A DNA stretch of 64,000 bases, taken from the NCBI RefSeq assembly GCF_947036855.1, contig NZ_CAMQRY010000003.1, positions 1,315-65,314 on the forward strand, given 5' to 3'. The first letter of the stretch is position 1; the number at the start of each line of letters is the position of its first letter. Under the pieces are notes generated by a model that did not search any database, had not been told where the DNA came from, and saw only the letters and a program-made list of their open reading frames with translations. Position numbers and translations under genes: made by a program. Below are positions 30,875 through 41,909 of the stretch, one piece after another. Origin of the DNA: an uncultured Clostridium sp. GTDB lineage: Bacteria; Bacillota; Clostridia; Clostridiales; Clostridiaceae.

Positions 30875-32116
30875 TTATTTAAAATTAAAGGAGGAATTTA
30901 TATGTCAAAGGCTAAATTCGAGAGAAATAAACCACACGTAAACATTGGAACAATAGGTCACGTAGACCACGGTAAAACTACATTAACAGCTGCTATCACA
31001 TCAGTATTAGCAGTAAGAGGTGGAGCTGAGGCTTTCAAATATGACGAAATAGATAAAGCACCAGAGGAAAAAGCAAGAGGAATCACAATCAACTCAGCAC
31101 ACGTTGAGTATGAAACAGAAGAAAGACACTATGCTCACGTTGACTGTCCAGGTCACGCTGACTATGTTAAGAATATGATCACAGGAGCTGCACAAATGGA
31201 TGGAGCAATCCTAGTATGTTCAGCTGCAGATGGTCCAATGCCTCAAACAAGAGAGCATATACTATTAGCTTCAAGAGTTGGAGTTAGTCATATAGTAGTA
31301 TTCTTAAACAAAGCTGACATGGTTGATGACGAAGAGTTATTAGAGTTAGTAGAAATGGAAATAAGAGAATTACTAAGTGAGTATGATTTCCCAGGAGATG
31401 ATATTCCAGTAGTAAAAGGATCAGCATTAAAAGCATTAGAAAGCCCTTCAGATGAAGTTGCAATAGCACCAATCTTAGAGTTAATGGATGCAGTTGATAG
31501 TTATATCCCTACACCAGAGAGATCAACAGACTTAACATTCTTAATGCCAATAGAGGACGTCTTCACAATAACAGGAAGAGGAACAGTTGCAACAGGAAGA
31601 ATTGAAAGAGGAACACTTCACATAGCTGAAGAAGTTGAAATCGTAGGATTAGTAGAAGAGAGCAGAAAAGTAATAGTAACAGGAATAGAAATGTTCAGAA
31701 AATTATTAGATGATGCTCAAGCAGGAGATAATATAGGAGCTCTTTTAAGAGGAGTTCAAAGAGATGATATACAAAGAGGGCAAGTTCTTGCTAAAACAGG
31801 ATCAGTTAAGCCACATACAAACTTTGTAGGTCAAGTATATGTACTTAAAAAAGAAGAAGGTGGAAGACATACTCCATTCTTCGATGGATATAGACCACAG
31901 TTCTACTTTAGAACAACTGATGTAACAGGATCAATAAAATTACCAGACGGAATGGAAATGGTAATGCCAGGAGATCATATAGATATGGTTGTTGAATTAA
32001 TACACCCAATCGCTATGGAAGAGGGATTAAGATTTGCTATCAGAGAAGGTGGAAGAACAGTAGGTTCAGGAGTTGTTACTACAATAACAAAGTAATTAAT
32101 TTTTGATATACAAAAA
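30875..32116 (+). repeat. 1.24-kb direct repeat, copy 2
   Basis: See 15100-16342. The offset between the CDSs is 15774 nt. Confidence 0.9.
30902..32095 (+). CDS. tuf: elongation factor Tu, copy 2
   Basis: The protein is identical to copy 1. Canonical position after fusA. Confidence 0.97.
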   Translation: MSKAKFERNKPHVNIGTIGHVDHGKTTLTAAITSVLAVRGGAEAFKYDEIDKAPEEKARGITINSAHVEYETEERHYAHVDCPGHADYVKNMITGAAQMDGAILVCSAADGPMPQTREHILLASRVGVSHIVVFLNKADMVDDEELLELVEMEIRELLSEYDFPGDDIPVVKGSALKALESPSDEVAIAPILELMDAVDSYIPTPERSTDLTFLMPIEDVFTITGRGTVATGRIERGTLHIAEEVEIVGLVEESRKVIVTGIEMFRKLLDDAQAGDNIGALLRGVQRDDIQRGQVLAKTGSVKPHTNFVGQVYVLKKEEGGRHTPFFDGYRPQFYFRTTDVTGSIKLPDGMEMVMPGDHIDMVVELIHPIAMEEGLRFAIREGGRTVGSGVVTTITK

Positions 32117-32190
32117 ATATTAAAGCTATTTTAAATTGAATTATTTTTTAGCGCGAAAAGTAAATTAAATTTTATAGTTTTAGTGAGATT

Positions 32191-32225
32191 AAAGAGTAGA
32201 TGATAAATCATCTACTCTTTTTTTA
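32191..32225 (+). terminator. rho-independent terminator after tuf (end of str operon)
   Basis: AAAGAGTAGATGA-taaa-TCATCTACTCTTT followed by further T residues. Confidence 0.9.
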
Positions 32226-32361
32226 TATAAAAATAAAGTGCATATTAATAAATTTCAAGAACTGTTTATATATTAATTATAAAAAGTTTTTCTTGTAAAA
32301 ATTAAAAAAAGATGTATTATATATTGTAGAGACATTCAGTGAAATTATTTTTAAAAAAAAC

Positions 32362-32390
32362 TTGAAAAAATAGAATATACATAGTATAAT
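32362..32390 (+). promoter_or_regulatory. sigma-A promoter of the S10 operon (TTGAAA-17-TATAAT)
   Basis: Hexamers at 32362-32367 and 32385-32390. Confidence 0.75.
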
Positions 32391-32590
32391 TAAGAAGTTG
32401 CAAAGCAAACAGCGATGAATCGAGAGGTTGCCGGACTTCCGGGTTATTCTTGATGAGTATGTTAGGATCTAGAATCCAACGACAGGTGTTTTATACTGGT
32501 TTTCGAAATAAAAGAAACACCAGGGACAGTTTATAGAACAACGCTGTTGTGCGTTAGAAGTAAAACGTACAAGAAAAGGAGGGAAAGCAT
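32391..32590 (+). promoter_or_regulatory. long structured 5' leader of the S10 operon
   Basis: About 195 nt lie between the promoter and the rpsJ ATG. A closing helix AACAGCG (32408-32414) / CGCTGTT (32542-32548) encloses three hairpins: CCGG-actt-CCGG (32431-32442), GGAT-ctaga-ATCC (32465-32477) and GGTGTTT...AAACACC (32485-32521). Confidence 0.5.
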
Positions 32591-32899
32591 ATGTCAAAGC
32601 AAAAAATAAGAATTAAATTAAAGGCTTTTGATCACACAATATTAGATCAATCTGCTGAAAGAATTGTTGAAACAGCTAAAACAACAGGAGCAAAGGTTGT
32701 AGGACCAGTACCGCTTCCAACAAGTAAAGAGATAATAACTATCTTAAGAGCTGTTCATAATTACAAAGATTCAAGAGAACAATTCGAAATCAGAACACAC
32801 AAGAGATTAATAGATATCGTTAACCCATCACCTAAAACAGTTGATGCATTAATGAGATTAAACTTACCAGCTGGTGTTGATATCGAAATAAAATTATAA
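32591..32899 (+). CDS. rpsJ: 30S ribosomal protein S10
   Basis: 102 aa, [11 protein letters not shown]...; first gene of the S10 operon. Confidence 0.97.
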   Translation: MSKQKIRIKLKAFDHTILDQSAERIVETAKTTGAKVVGPVPLPTSKEIITILRAVHNYKDSREQFEIRTHKRLIDIVNPSPKTVDALMRLNLPAGVDIEIKL

Positions 32900-32980
32900 T
32901 ATAATCTCAACATTATATTAAAAAATAGGCTATTATGAATGCGTAAGCAATCCGCTAATAAGTTTGGGAGGTGTAGCTAC

Positions 32981-33610
32981 ATGAAAAAAGCTATAATAGG
33001 TAAAAAAATCGGTATGACTCAAATATTCGATGAGAATGGAAAAGTTGTACCTGTAACAGTAGTAGAAGTTGGTTCAAATGTTGTTGTTCAAAAGAAAACA
33101 GTTGAAATCGATGGATACCAAGCAATTCAAGTAGGATTTGGAGAGGTAAGAGAAAAATTACTTAACAAACCTAAAAAAGGTCACTTAGCTAAAGCTGGAG
33201 TTTCTTTCAGAAGAACTCTTAAAGAATTCAGATTAGAAGATATATCAGGATATAATCTTGGTGATGCTATTAATGCTGACATTTTTGAAGTTGGAGAAAA
33301 AGTTGACGTATCAGGAGTTTCTAAAGGTAAAGGATTCCAAGGGGTTATTAAAAGATGGGGACAAAGCAGAGGGCCTATGAGTCACGGTTCTAAGTTCCAT
33401 AGAGCACCAGGTTCAATGGGAGCTTCATCTGATCCATCAAAAACTTTTAAAAACAAAAGATTACCAGGACACATGGGTTCAGTTAGCAGAACTGTATTAA
33501 ACCTTGAAATTGTTAAGGTTATGGCAGATAAGAATGTTATCTTAGTAAAAGGTGGTATTCCAGGAGCAAATAAAAGTACAGTAGTTATCAGAAATAGTGT
33601 TAAAGCTTAA
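32981..33610 (+). CDS. rplC: 50S ribosomal protein L3
   Basis: ATG 32981 follows GGGAGGTG ([16 protein letters not shown]). The track's N-terminal extension is spurious. Confidence 0.95.
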   Translation: MKKAIIGKKIGMTQIFDENGKVVPVTVVEVGSNVVVQKKTVEIDGYQAIQVGFGEVREKLLNKPKKGHLAKAGVSFRRTLKEFRLEDISGYNLGDAINADIFEVGEKVDVSGVSKGKGFQGVIKRWGQSRGPMSHGSKFHRAPGSMGASSDPSKTFKNKRLPGHMGSVSRTVLNLEIVKVMADKNVILVKGGIPGANKSTVVIRNSVKA

Positions 33611-33634
33611 TTTCTGTAGAAAGGAGGAAACAAA

Positions 33635-34255
33635 ATGCCTACATTAGGATTATTTAACAAAGAAGGACAAAAAATTGAAGATATTCAATTAAACGAAGTA
33701 GTATTCGGAGCAGAAGTTAATGGAGATGTATTACATCAAGTAGTAGTTGCTTTATTAGCTAATAAGAGACAAGGAACTCAATCAGCTAAAACTAGATCTG
33801 AAGTAAGAGGTGGAGGAATCAAACCTTGGAAACAAAAAGGAACTGGTAGAGCTAGACAGGGTTCAATAAGATCACCTCAATGGGCTGGTGGAGGAATAGT
33901 ATTCGCGCCAAAACCTAGAAGTTACAGACAATCAGTACCTAAGAGTATGAGATTAGTAGCTATGAGATCAGCTTTATCAAGTTTAGTTGTAGATGAAAAA
34001 TTAGTTGTTTTAGACAACTTAGAGTTCAATGCACCTAAAACTAAAGAAGCTTTAAGTGTTTTAAAAGCTTTCGAAGCTAAAAAGACATTAGTAATTACTT
34101 TAGAGTCAAACGAAAATGTATATAAATCATTCAGAAATGTTGAGGGTGTAGCAGTACTTCCATTAAACAACATTAACGTATACGATTTATTAAAATACGG
34201 AAAAGTTATGATGACTAAAGAAGTTATAAATAAAATTGAGGAGGTGTACGCATAA
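33635..34255 (+). CDS. rplD: 50S ribosomal protein L4
   Basis: 206 aa with [15 protein letters not shown]. Confidence 0.97.
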   Translation: MPTLGLFNKEGQKIEDIQLNEVVFGAEVNGDVLHQVVVALLANKRQGTQSAKTRSEVRGGGIKPWKQKGTGRARQGSIRSPQWAGGGIVFAPKPRSYRQSVPKSMRLVAMRSALSSLVVDEKLVVLDNLEFNAPKTKEALSVLKAFEAKKTLVITLESNENVYKSFRNVEGVAVLPLNNINVYDLLKYGKVMMTKEVINKIEEVYA

Positions 34256-34548
34256 TGAAATTAACAAGCCATGATATAATAAGAAAGCCTGTTATAACTG
34301 AAAAAAGTATGGCTGCTATGGCAGAGGGTAAATATACATTTACTGTTCATGTTTCAGCTAACAAGGTTCAAGTAAAAAATGCTATTGAAGAAATATTCAA
34401 CAATGTTAAAGTTGCTGATGTTAAAACAATGAAGTATGATGGAAAAACTAAAAGAGTTGGCGTTCACATCGGAAAAAGAGCAGGATTTAAGAAAGCAATA
34501 GTTACTTTATCAGAAGGTACTATCGAATTCTTCGAAGGAATGCAATAA
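34255..34548 (+). CDS. rplW: 50S ribosomal protein L23
   Basis: 97 aa. The ATG overlaps the rplD stop (TAATG). Confidence 0.95.
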   Translation: MKLTSHDIIRKPVITEKSMAAMAEGKYTFTVHVSANKVQVKNAIEEIFNNVKVADVKTMKYDGKTKRVGVHIGKRAGFKKAIVTLSEGTIEFFEGMQ

Positions 34549-34603
34549 TTTAAAAACCGGTAGTGGCTGAGGCCAGAGAAGGAATAAATAGGGAGGTATT
34601 ACA

Positions 34604-35437
34604 ATGGCAGTTAAAAAGTTTAATCCCATTACACCATCTAGAAGACAGATGACAGTTGCCACTTTTGAAGAGTTAACAACATCTACACCAGAAAAATCAC
34701 TTCTTGTTTCAATGAAGAGAAAAGCTGGAAGAAACTCTCAAGGTAAAATAACTGTAAGACATCGTGGTGGTGGAGCTAAAAGAAAATACAGAATAATAGA
34801 TTTCAAAAGAAATAAAGATGGTATTCCAGCAAAAGTTGCTACAATAGAATACGATCCAATGAGATCAGCTTATATATCATTAGTTGTATATGCAGATGGA
34901 GAAAAGAGATACATACTTGCTCCTCTAGGATTAAAAGTTGGTGATGTATTAGTTTCAGGAGAAGGTTCAGATATTAAATCTGGAAATGCTATGAAATTAA
35001 AAGATATGCCAGTTGGTACAACTGTACACAATATCGAGCTTCAAGCTGGTAAGGGTGGACAATTAGTAAGATCAGCAGGTACTTCAGCTCAATTAATGGC
35101 TAAAGAAGGAAACTATGCTACTTTAAGATTACCATCAGGTGAAATGAGATATGTTAGAATAGAGTGTAGAGCTACTATTGGAACAGTTTCAAACACTACA
35201 CATGATATTATTAATATCGGTAAAGCTGGTAGAAAAAGACACATGGGATTCAGACCTACAGTCAGAGGATCAGTAATGAACCCTTGCGATCACCCACATG
35301 GTGGAGGAGAAGGTAAGAGTCCAATAGGTAGACCAAGTCCAGTTACTCCTTGGGGTAAACCAGCACTTGGATACAAGACTAGAAAGAACAAAAAATATTC
35401 AGATAAGTTTATCATTAAGAGAAGAAACGATAAATAA
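34604..35437 (+). CDS. rplB: 50S ribosomal protein L2
   Basis: 277 aa with [15 protein letters not shown] and [13 protein letters not shown]. Confidence 0.97.
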   Translation: MAVKKFNPITPSRRQMTVATFEELTTSTPEKSLLVSMKRKAGRNSQGKITVRHRGGGAKRKYRIIDFKRNKDGIPAKVATIEYDPMRSAYISLVVYADGEKRYILAPLGLKVGDVLVSGEGSDIKSGNAMKLKDMPVGTTVHNIELQAGKGGQLVRSAGTSAQLMAKEGNYATLRLPSGEMRYVRIECRATIGTVSNTTHDIINIGKAGRKRHMGFRPTVRGSVMNPCDHPHGGGEGKSPIGRPSPVTPWGKPALGYKTRKNKKYSDKFIIKRRNDK

Positions 35438-35506
35438 TTTGAACTATTTCAGTTCTCTTCAAATGAGAATCGCTTAAAAATAATGATATGAAGGGAGGCA
35501 ATTCTA

Positions 35507-35788
35507 GTGAGTAGATCAACTAAAAAAGGACCTTTTATTAAAGCAGGTCTTTTAAAGAAAATAGAAGATATGAACCAAGCTGGTGAGAAAAAAGTTATCA
35601 AAACTTGGTCAAGAAGCTCAACTGTATTCCCACAAATGATAGGACACACAATAGCTGTTCATGATGGAAGAAAGCACGTGCCTGTTTACATTAGTGAAGA
35701 TATGGTTGGACACAAATTAGGTGAATTCGTACTAACAAGAACTTATAGAGGTCATGTTAATACAGAAAAAACATCAAAGAGAAAATAG
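35507..35788 (+). CDS. rpsS: 30S ribosomal protein S19
   Basis: GTG start after [17 protein letters not shown]. Confidence 0.95.
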   Translation: MSRSTKKGPFIKAGLLKKIEDMNQAGEKKVIKTWSRSSTVFPQMIGHTIAVHDGRKHVPVYISEDMVGHKLGEFVLTRTYRGHVNTEKTSKRK

Positions 35789-35814
35789 TTACACCTAGAA
35801 AGGAGGAACCTTAA

Positions 35815-36147
35815 ATGGAAGCTAGAGCTATAGCTAAGTATGTAAGAATGTCTCCAATGAAAGTAGGAGTTGTTCTTGGATTAATTAGAGGAAAAAATGT
35901 TGATGAAGCTGCGGCTATATTAAAATACACTCCAAGAGAAGCGGCTAGAGTAATTGAAAAAGTACTTAAGTCAGCAATCGCGAATGCTGAGCATAATAAT
36001 GAGTTAGATAGAGCTAACCTTATTGTATCTGAAGCTTTTGTAGGTCAAGGACCAACATTAAAGAGATTCAGACCTCATGCACAAGGAAGAGCATTCAGAA
36101 TATTAAAAAGAACAAGTCACATAACTGTAATAGTTAAAGAGGCTTAA
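35815..36147 (+). CDS. rplV: 50S ribosomal protein L22
   Basis: 110 aa; conserved operon order. Confidence 0.95.
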   Translation: MEARAIAKYVRMSPMKVGVVLGLIRGKNVDEAAAILKYTPREAARVIEKVLKSAIANAEHNNELDRANLIVSEAFVGQGPTLKRFRPHAQGRAFRILKRTSHITVIVKEA

Positions 36148-36168
36148 TCAAAGAAGGAGGGAATAAGA

Positions 36169-36837
36169 GTGGGTCAAAAAGTAAATCCTCACGGACTAAG
36201 AGTTGGTATAATTCATGGTTGGGATTCAAAGTGGTATGCAGATAAGAAAAATTTTGCAGATAACATTGTTGAAGATCAAGCAATAAGAACATTCGTTAAG
36301 AAAGAACTTTACACAGCTGGAATTTCTAAAATTGAAATTGAAAGAGCTGCAAAAAGACTTAAATTAAATATATATACTGCTAAACCAGGAGTAGTTATAG
36401 GAAAAGGTGGATCAGGAATCGAAGCTCTTAAGAAAAAAGTAGCTGCGTTAGTTTCACAAAAGAATGTTTTATTAAACATTGTTGAAGTTAGAAACGCTGA
36501 TACTGATGCACAATTAATGGCTGAAAACATAGCTTTACAACTAGAAAAGAGAATTTCATTCAGAAGAGCAATGAAACAATCAATTCAAAGAGCTATGAGA
36601 TTAAGAGTTAAAGGTGTTAAAACAGCTTGTTCAGGTAGATTAGGCGGAGCTGAAATAGCTAGAACAGAGCAGTACCACGAAGGAACAATTCCATTACAAA
36701 CATTAAGAGCTGATATACATTATGGATTTGCAGAAGCAAATACAACATACGGTAAAATCGGAGTTAAAGTTTGGGTTTATAATGGAGAAATTCTTCCAAC
36801 TAAAAAAGTAGAAAAAGCAGAAAAAGCTAACGCATAG
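36169..36837 (+). CDS. rpsC: 30S ribosomal protein S3
   Basis: GTG start; [13 protein letters not shown]. Confidence 0.97.
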   Translation: MGQKVNPHGLRVGIIHGWDSKWYADKKNFADNIVEDQAIRTFVKKELYTAGISKIEIERAAKRLKLNIYTAKPGVVIGKGGSGIEALKKKVAALVSQKNVLLNIVEVRNADTDAQLMAENIALQLEKRISFRRAMKQSIQRAMRLRVKGVKTACSGRLGGAEIARTEQYHEGTIPLQTLRADIHYGFAEANTTYGKIGVKVWVYNGEILPTKKVEKAEKANA

Positions 36838-36867
36838 TTTCTGGAATACGAAAGGAGGACGACAGTC

Positions 36868-37302
36868 ATGTTAATGCCTAAAAGAGTTAAACATCGTAAG
36901 GTGCAACGTGGTAGAATGAAGGGTAAAGCTACAAGAGGAAACTTCTTAGCTTATGGAGATTTCGGTATCCAAGCTAAAACTTGTGGTTGGATCACTAGTA
37001 ACCAAATTGAATCTGCGAGAATAGCAATCAATAGATATGTAAGAAGAGGCGGAAAGCTTTGGATAAAAATATTCCCAGATAAGCCAGTAACAGCAACACC
37101 AGCTGAAACTAGAATGGGTAAAGGTAAAGGTTCAGTTGAATACTGGGTAGCAGTAGTTAAACCAGGTAGAGTATTATTTGAAATATCAGGTGTAGCTGAA
37201 GAAGTAGCTAGAGAAGCTATGAGACTTGCTTCACACAAACTTCCTGTAAAGACTAAGTTCGTTACAAGAAGAGATTTTGAGGAAATGGGTGGTGAAGAAT
37301 AA
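36868..37302 (+). CDS. rplP: 50S ribosomal protein L16
   Basis: [19 protein letters not shown]. Confidence 0.97.
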   Translation: MLMPKRVKHRKVQRGRMKGKATRGNFLAYGDFGIQAKTCGWITSNQIESARIAINRYVRRGGKLWIKIFPDKPVTATPAETRMGKGKGSVEYWVAVVKPGRVLFEISGVAEEVAREAMRLASHKLPVKTKFVTRRDFEEMGGEE

Positions 37303-37508
37303 TGAAAGCTAGAGAGATAAAAGAAATAAGAACAAATGATTCTCAAGACTTAAAAGTTAAGTTAAATGATCTTAAAGCTGAATTATTCAACTTAAGATTC
37401 CAATTAGCAACAGGTCAGTTAGAGAACCCAATGAGAATAAAAGAAGTAAAAAAATCAATAGCTCAGATTAAAACTATTATTAGAGAAGAAGAGCTTAAGG
37501 TTCAATAG
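37302..37508 (+). CDS. rpmC: 50S ribosomal protein L29
   Basis: 68 aa. The ATG overlaps the rplP stop. Confidence 0.95.
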   Translation: MKAREIKEIRTNDSQDLKVKLNDLKAELFNLRFQLATGQLENPMRIKEVKKSIAQIKTIIREEELKVQ

Positions 37509-37536
37509 TAATTCCTAAAAGGAGGTAACAACTACC

Positions 37537-37791
37537 ATGGAAAGAAGTTTAAGAAAGAAAAGAGTAGGTACAGTTGTTTCAGATAAGATGGATAAAACTA
37601 TCGTTGTTGCGGTTGCTACAAAGGTAAGACATCCATTGTACGGAAAAACTGTTAATAAAACAACTAAGTTCAAAGCTCATGATGAAAAAAATGAAGCGAA
37701 TATTGGAGACAAAGTTGTAATGATGGAAACTAGACCATTATCAAAAGATAAGAGATGGAGACTAGTAGAAATTGCAGAAAAGGCTAAATAG
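37537..37791 (+). CDS. rpsQ: 30S ribosomal protein S17
   Basis: 84 aa with [14 protein letters not shown]. Confidence 0.95.
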   Translation: MERSLRKKRVGTVVSDKMDKTIVVAVATKVRHPLYGKTVNKTTKFKAHDEKNEANIGDKVVMMETRPLSKDKRWRLVEIAEKAK

Positions 37792-37819
37792 GTCTTAAGT
37801 CTGAAAGGAGGGTAATTTC

Positions 37820-38188
37820 ATGATACAAGTACAAACTAGATTAAAAGTAGCTGATAACTCAGGCGCAAAAGAAATTATGTGTATAAGAGTTTTAGGTGGA
37901 TCTAAAAGAAAATATGGAAACATTGGTGATGTAATAGTAGCTAGTGTTAAAACAGCAACACCTGGTGGAGTAGTTAAAAAAGGTGAAGTTGTTAAAGCTG
38001 TTATAGTAAGAACAGTTAGAGGAATGAGAAGAGCTGATGGTTCATACATCAAATTTGATGAGAATGCAGCAGTAATAATCAAGGATGATAAGCAACCAAA
38101 AGGAACACGTATATTTGGACCTGTTGCTAGGGAGCTAAGAGATAAAGAGTTTAACAAGATTTTATCATTAGCACCAGAAGTTCTATAA
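37820..38188 (+). CDS. rplN: 50S ribosomal protein L14
   Basis: [18 protein letters not shown]. Confidence 0.97.
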   Translation: MIQVQTRLKVADNSGAKEIMCIRVLGGSKRKYGNIGDVIVASVKTATPGGVVKKGEVVKAVIVRTVRGMRRADGSYIKFDENAAVIIKDDKQPKGTRIFGPVARELRDKEFNKILSLAPEVL

Positions 38189-38213
38189 TTAAAGGATTAG
38201 GAGGTGTCTAAAG

Positions 38214-38528
38214 ATGAAAATACATGTTAGAAAACAAGATAAAGTTTTAGTTTTAGCTGGAAAAGATAAAGGTAAAATAGGTGAAGTTCTTGCAGTAAAC
38301 CCTAAAAAAGGAACTGTTACTGTTAAGGACGTTAACGTTGTTAAAAAACACCAAAAACCTAATAGAGAAAACATGCAGGGTGGAATCATAGAGTTTGAAG
38401 CTGGTATTAACAGTTCAAACGTTATGCTTTACTGTGAAAAATGTAAAAAAGCTACTAGAATAAGCCACAACATATTAGAAGATGGTGCAAAAGTAAGAGT
38501 ATGCAAAAAATGTGGAGAAACATTCTAA
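38214..38528 (+). CDS. rplX: 50S ribosomal protein L24
   Basis: 104 aa with a KOW motif, plus a C-terminal CEKC...CKKCG zinc-ribbon-like extension. Confidence 0.93.
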   Translation: MKIHVRKQDKVLVLAGKDKGKIGEVLAVNPKKGTVTVKDVNVVKKHQKPNRENMQGGIIEFEAGINSSNVMLYCEKCKKATRISHNILEDGAKVRVCKKCGETF

Positions 38529-38553
38529 GAAAAATTGAAAGGAGGTACTTTAC

Positions 38554-39096
38554 ATGATGCCAAGACTACAAGAAAGATATGAAAAAGAAGTAGTTCAAGC
38601 AATGATGGAGAAGTTCGGATATAAGAATATCATGGAAGTTCCAAAGCTTGAAAAAATAATAATTAATATGGGTGTAGGAGAAGCTAAAGATAATGCTAAA
38701 GTCTTAGAAACTGCTGTTTCAGATATGACTTTAATAGCTGGACAGAAGCCAATCTTAACAAGAGCTAAGAAATCAGTTGCTAACTTTAAAATAAGAGAAA
38801 AAATGCCTTTAGGATGTAAAGTAACTTTAAGAAAAGTTAAAATGTATGATTTCGCTGAGAAATTAATGACAATAGCTCTTCCAAGAGTTAGAGATTTTAG
38901 AGGAGTTTCAAGTAAGTCATTTGACGGAAGAGGAAACTACTCAATGGGAATTAAAGAGCAATTAATATTCCCAGAAATAGAATATGATAAAATAGATAAA
39001 ATAAGAGGAATGGATATTATCTTCGTAACAACTGCTAACACAGACGAAGAAGCAAGAGAATTATTAAGATTCCTTGGTATGCCATTCGCTCAATAA
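38554..39096 (+). CDS. rplE: 50S ribosomal protein L5
   Basis: 180 aa, [11 protein letters not shown]... Confidence 0.97.
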   Translation: MMPRLQERYEKEVVQAMMEKFGYKNIMEVPKLEKIIINMGVGEAKDNAKVLETAVSDMTLIAGQKPILTRAKKSVANFKIREKMPLGCKVTLRKVKMYDFAEKLMTIALPRVRDFRGVSSKSFDGRGNYSMGIKEQLIFPEIEYDKIDKIRGMDIIFVTTANTDEEARELLRFLGMPFAQ

Positions 39097-39111
39097 TAAG
39101 GAGGGTTTTAC

Positions 39112-39297
39112 ATGGCTCGTAAAGCAATTATCGAAAAGTGGAACAAAGAACCTAAGTACAAAACAAGAGCTTACACAAGATGTAGACTATGTGGAAGACC
39201 ACATTCTGTATTAAAGAAATTTGGAATTTGTCGTATCTGCTTCAGAGAATTAGCTTATAAAGGTGAAATTCCTGGTTGTAGAAAGGCAAGTTGGTAA
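39112..39297 (+). CDS. rpsN: 30S ribosomal protein S14 type Z (zinc-binding, 61 aa)
   Basis: CRLCGRP...CRICFRE has two CxxC pairs. Short form. Confidence 0.95.
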   Translation: MARKAIIEKWNKEPKYKTRAYTRCRLCGRPHSVLKKFGICRICFRELAYKGEIPGCRKASW

Positions 39298-39327
39298 TAG
39301 CGTAAAAACGAAAGGAGGCGGAAAAAA

Positions 39328-39726
39328 ATGGTTATGACAGATCCTATCGCAGATTTACTTACTCGTATAAGAAATGCAAATGCTGTTAAACATCAAGTAG
39401 TAGAGGTTCCTTCATCAACAGTGAAGAAGGCTATCGTTACTATATTATTAGAAGAAGGATACTTAAAAGGCATTGAGGAATACAACGATGGTGTAGTTCC
39501 AATGCTTAGAATATCACTTAAGTACGGTTCAGATAACCAAAAGGTTATCACTGGTTTAAAGAGAATATCTAAGCCAGGATTAAGAGTGTACTGCAAGAAA
39601 GATGAGGTTCCTAAGGTTTTAAACGGATTAGGAATAGCTCTAGTATCAACTTCTAAAGGATTAGTTTCTGATAAAGAAGCAAGAACATCAGGATTAGGTG
39701 GAGAAGTTATTTGTTACGTTTGGTAA
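39328..39726 (+). CDS. rpsH: 30S ribosomal protein S8
   Basis: [15 protein letters not shown]. Confidence 0.97.
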   Translation: MVMTDPIADLLTRIRNANAVKHQVVEVPSSTVKKAIVTILLEEGYLKGIEEYNDGVVPMLRISLKYGSDNQKVITGLKRISKPGLRVYCKKDEVPKVLNGLGIALVSTSKGLVSDKEARTSGLGGEVICYVW

Positions 39727-39812
39727 TATAAAAACTTTACACTATTCTTAATATATATAGATTGAAGCAATGAATTAATTTACGGATTAAAATATCACAG
39801 GAGGTGGCGAGT

Positions 39813-40352
39813 ATGTCAAGAATTGGAAGATTACCTGTAGCTATACCTGCTGGAGTAACTGTTACTGTAACACCAGAAAATATTGTTACAGTAAAAGGTC
39901 CTAAAGGTGAACTAACTCAAGCTATGCATGCAGACATGATAATAGCTATTGAAAATAACCAAGTAATTGTTACAAGACCTAGTGAGAATAAAACTCACAG
40001 ATCATTACATGGATTAGTAAGATCTTTAATAAACAATATGGTTATTGGAGTAAACGAAGAATTCTCTAAAACATTAGAGTTAAACGGAGTTGGATATAAG
40101 GCACAATTACAAGGAAAGAAACTTGTAATGAGCTTAGGATTCTCACATCCAGTAGAAATAGAAGTTGTAGAAGGCGTTAGTGTAAAAGTAGACGGACCTA
40201 CAAAATTAATAATTTCAGGATGCGATAAACAGAAGGTAGGAGCATTTGCTGCTAGTATCAGAAAGTGGAGAAAACCTGAACCTTACAAAGGTAAAGGAAT
40301 TAAGTACGCTGGTGAAGTTATAAGAAGAAAAGAAGGTAAAACAGGTAAATAA
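39813..40352 (+). CDS. rplF: 50S ribosomal protein L6
   Basis: ATG 39813 follows GGAGGTG (MSRIGRLPV). Confidence 0.95.
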   Translation: MSRIGRLPVAIPAGVTVTVTPENIVTVKGPKGELTQAMHADMIIAIENNQVIVTRPSENKTHRSLHGLVRSLINNMVIGVNEEFSKTLELNGVGYKAQLQGKKLVMSLGFSHPVEIEVVEGVSVKVDGPTKLIISGCDKQKVGAFAASIRKWRKPEPYKGKGIKYAGEVIRRKEGKTGK

Positions 40353-40371
40353 TTAGAAAGGAGTGAATCTT

Positions 40372-40731
40372 ATGTTCAAAAAAGCTAATAGAAAAGAATC
40401 TAGAGCTAAGCGTCACTTAAGAGTTCGTGGTAAGATATCAGGAACTCAAGATAGACCTAGACTTGCTGTATATAGAAGTGAAAGAAACATATATGCTCAA
40501 ATCATAGATGACGTTAATGCTGTAACATTAGTGTCAGCATCAACAGTTGAAAAAGACTTTGAAAAAGTTGGAAGCAATAAAGAAGCTGCTAAAGTAGTTG
40601 GTGAAATGATTGCTAAAAAAGCATTAGATAAAAATATTACTGATGTTGTATTTGACAGAGGTGGATATGTATATCATGGAAGAGTTGAAGCTTTAGCACA
40701 AGGAGCTAGAGAAGCAGGTCTTAAATTCTAG
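40372..40731 (+). CDS. rplR: 50S ribosomal protein L18
   Basis: ATG 40372 follows [19 protein letters not shown]...PRLAVYRS. Confidence 0.95.
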   Translation: MFKKANRKESRAKRHLRVRGKISGTQDRPRLAVYRSERNIYAQIIDDVNAVTLVSASTVEKDFEKVGSNKEAAKVVGEMIAKKALDKNITDVVFDRGGYVYHGRVEALAQGAREAGLKF

Positions 40732-40751
40732 GAATAAGGAGGGAAAACGTA

Positions 40752-41249
40752 ATGAGAATTGATCCTAGTACATTAGAACTTAAAGAAAAAGTTGTAAATA
40801 TTGGAAGAGTTACTAAGGTTGTTAAAGGTGGAAGAAACTTCAGATTCAGCGCATTAGTTGTTGTTGGAGATGAAAATGGACATATCGGTGTTGGTACTGG
40901 TAAGTCAATAGAAATACCTGAAGCAATAAGAAAAGGAATAGAAGATGCTAAGAAAAACTTAGTAAGTGTTGCTATAGTTGATGGAACAGTTCCTCACAGA
41001 GTGTCAGGAATATTCAGCAAAAGTAACGTATTAATTATGCCAGCTTCAGAAGGTACTGGAGTTCTTGCTGGAGGTCCTGCTAGAGCAGTACTTGAATTAG
41101 CTGGAATTACAGATGTTAGAGCTAAATCATTAGGTTCAAACAACCCAAGAAACATGGTTAAAGCAACAATAGCAGGATTAGCTAGCTTAAGAACAGTTGA
41201 GGATATCGCTGCATTAAGAGGAAAATCTGTTGAGGAAATATTAGGTTAA
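40752..41249 (+). CDS. rpsE: 30S ribosomal protein S5
   Basis: 165 aa with [14 protein letters not shown]. Confidence 0.97.
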   Translation: MRIDPSTLELKEKVVNIGRVTKVVKGGRNFRFSALVVVGDENGHIGVGTGKSIEIPEAIRKGIEDAKKNLVSVAIVDGTVPHRVSGIFSKSNVLIMPASEGTGVLAGGPARAVLELAGITDVRAKSLGSNNPRNMVKATIAGLASLRTVEDIAALRGKSVEEILG

Positions 41250-41261
41250 GGAGGGAATAGC

Positions 41262-41435
41262 ATGTTAAAGATTACTTTAGTTAAAAGTCTAATAGGTAGA
41301 AAGAAAAGCCATATTGCGACAGCGAATGCCCTTGGCCTTAAGACAATAGGAAAATCAGTTCAACATGAGGGAACACCTCAAATCAAAGGTATGATTTTTA
41401 AAATCAACTACATGATTAAAGTTGAAGAAATATAA
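41262..41435 (+). CDS. rpmD: 50S ribosomal protein L30
   Basis: Read directly from the sequence after AAGGAGGG: [57 protein letters not shown] (57 aa). Below the ORF-track size cutoff. Confidence 0.92.
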   Translation: MLKITLVKSLIGRKKSHIATANALGLKTIGKSVQHEGTPQIKGMIFKINYMIKVEEI

Positions 41436-41467
41436 TAATTAATATATAAGAGGAGGTGTAGTTAACT

Positions 41468-41908
41468 ATGAAACTTCATGAGTTAAAACCAGCAGCTGGA
41501 AGTACAAAAGCACCTAAGAGATTAGGAAGAGGTACAGGTTCAGGTACAGGTAGAAATGCCGGAAAAGGTGAAAAGGGTCAAAATTCTAGATCAGGTGGTG
41601 GAGTTAGACCAGGTTTTGAAGGTGGTCAAATGCCATTATACAGAAGAATTCCTAAAAGAGGATTCACTAACCCATTCACAAAGCACTTTGCTGTAATAAA
41701 CGTTGATAGACTTAACATCTTTGAAGATGGTACAGTTGTTACTCCAGAATTATTACTTGAAAGAAGAGTAGTAAGTAAAATAATGGATGGCGTTAAAATT
41801 CTTGCAAACGGAAACGTTGAAAAGAAATTAACAGTTAAAGGTTGCAAGTTCTCAAAGCAAGCAGCTGAAAAAGTTGTTGCATTTGGAGGAGAAGTTGAGG
41901 TGAACTAG
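41468..41908 (+). CDS. rplO: 50S ribosomal protein L15
   Basis: [12 protein letters not shown]...GRGTGSGTG. Confidence 0.97.
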   Translation: MKLHELKPAAGSTKAPKRLGRGTGSGTGRNAGKGEKGQNSRSGGGVRPGFEGGQMPLYRRIPKRGFTNPFTKHFAVINVDRLNIFEDGTVVTPELLLERRVVSKIMDGVKILANGNVEKKLTVKGCKFSKQAAEKVVAFGGEVEVN

Positions 41909-41909
41909 T

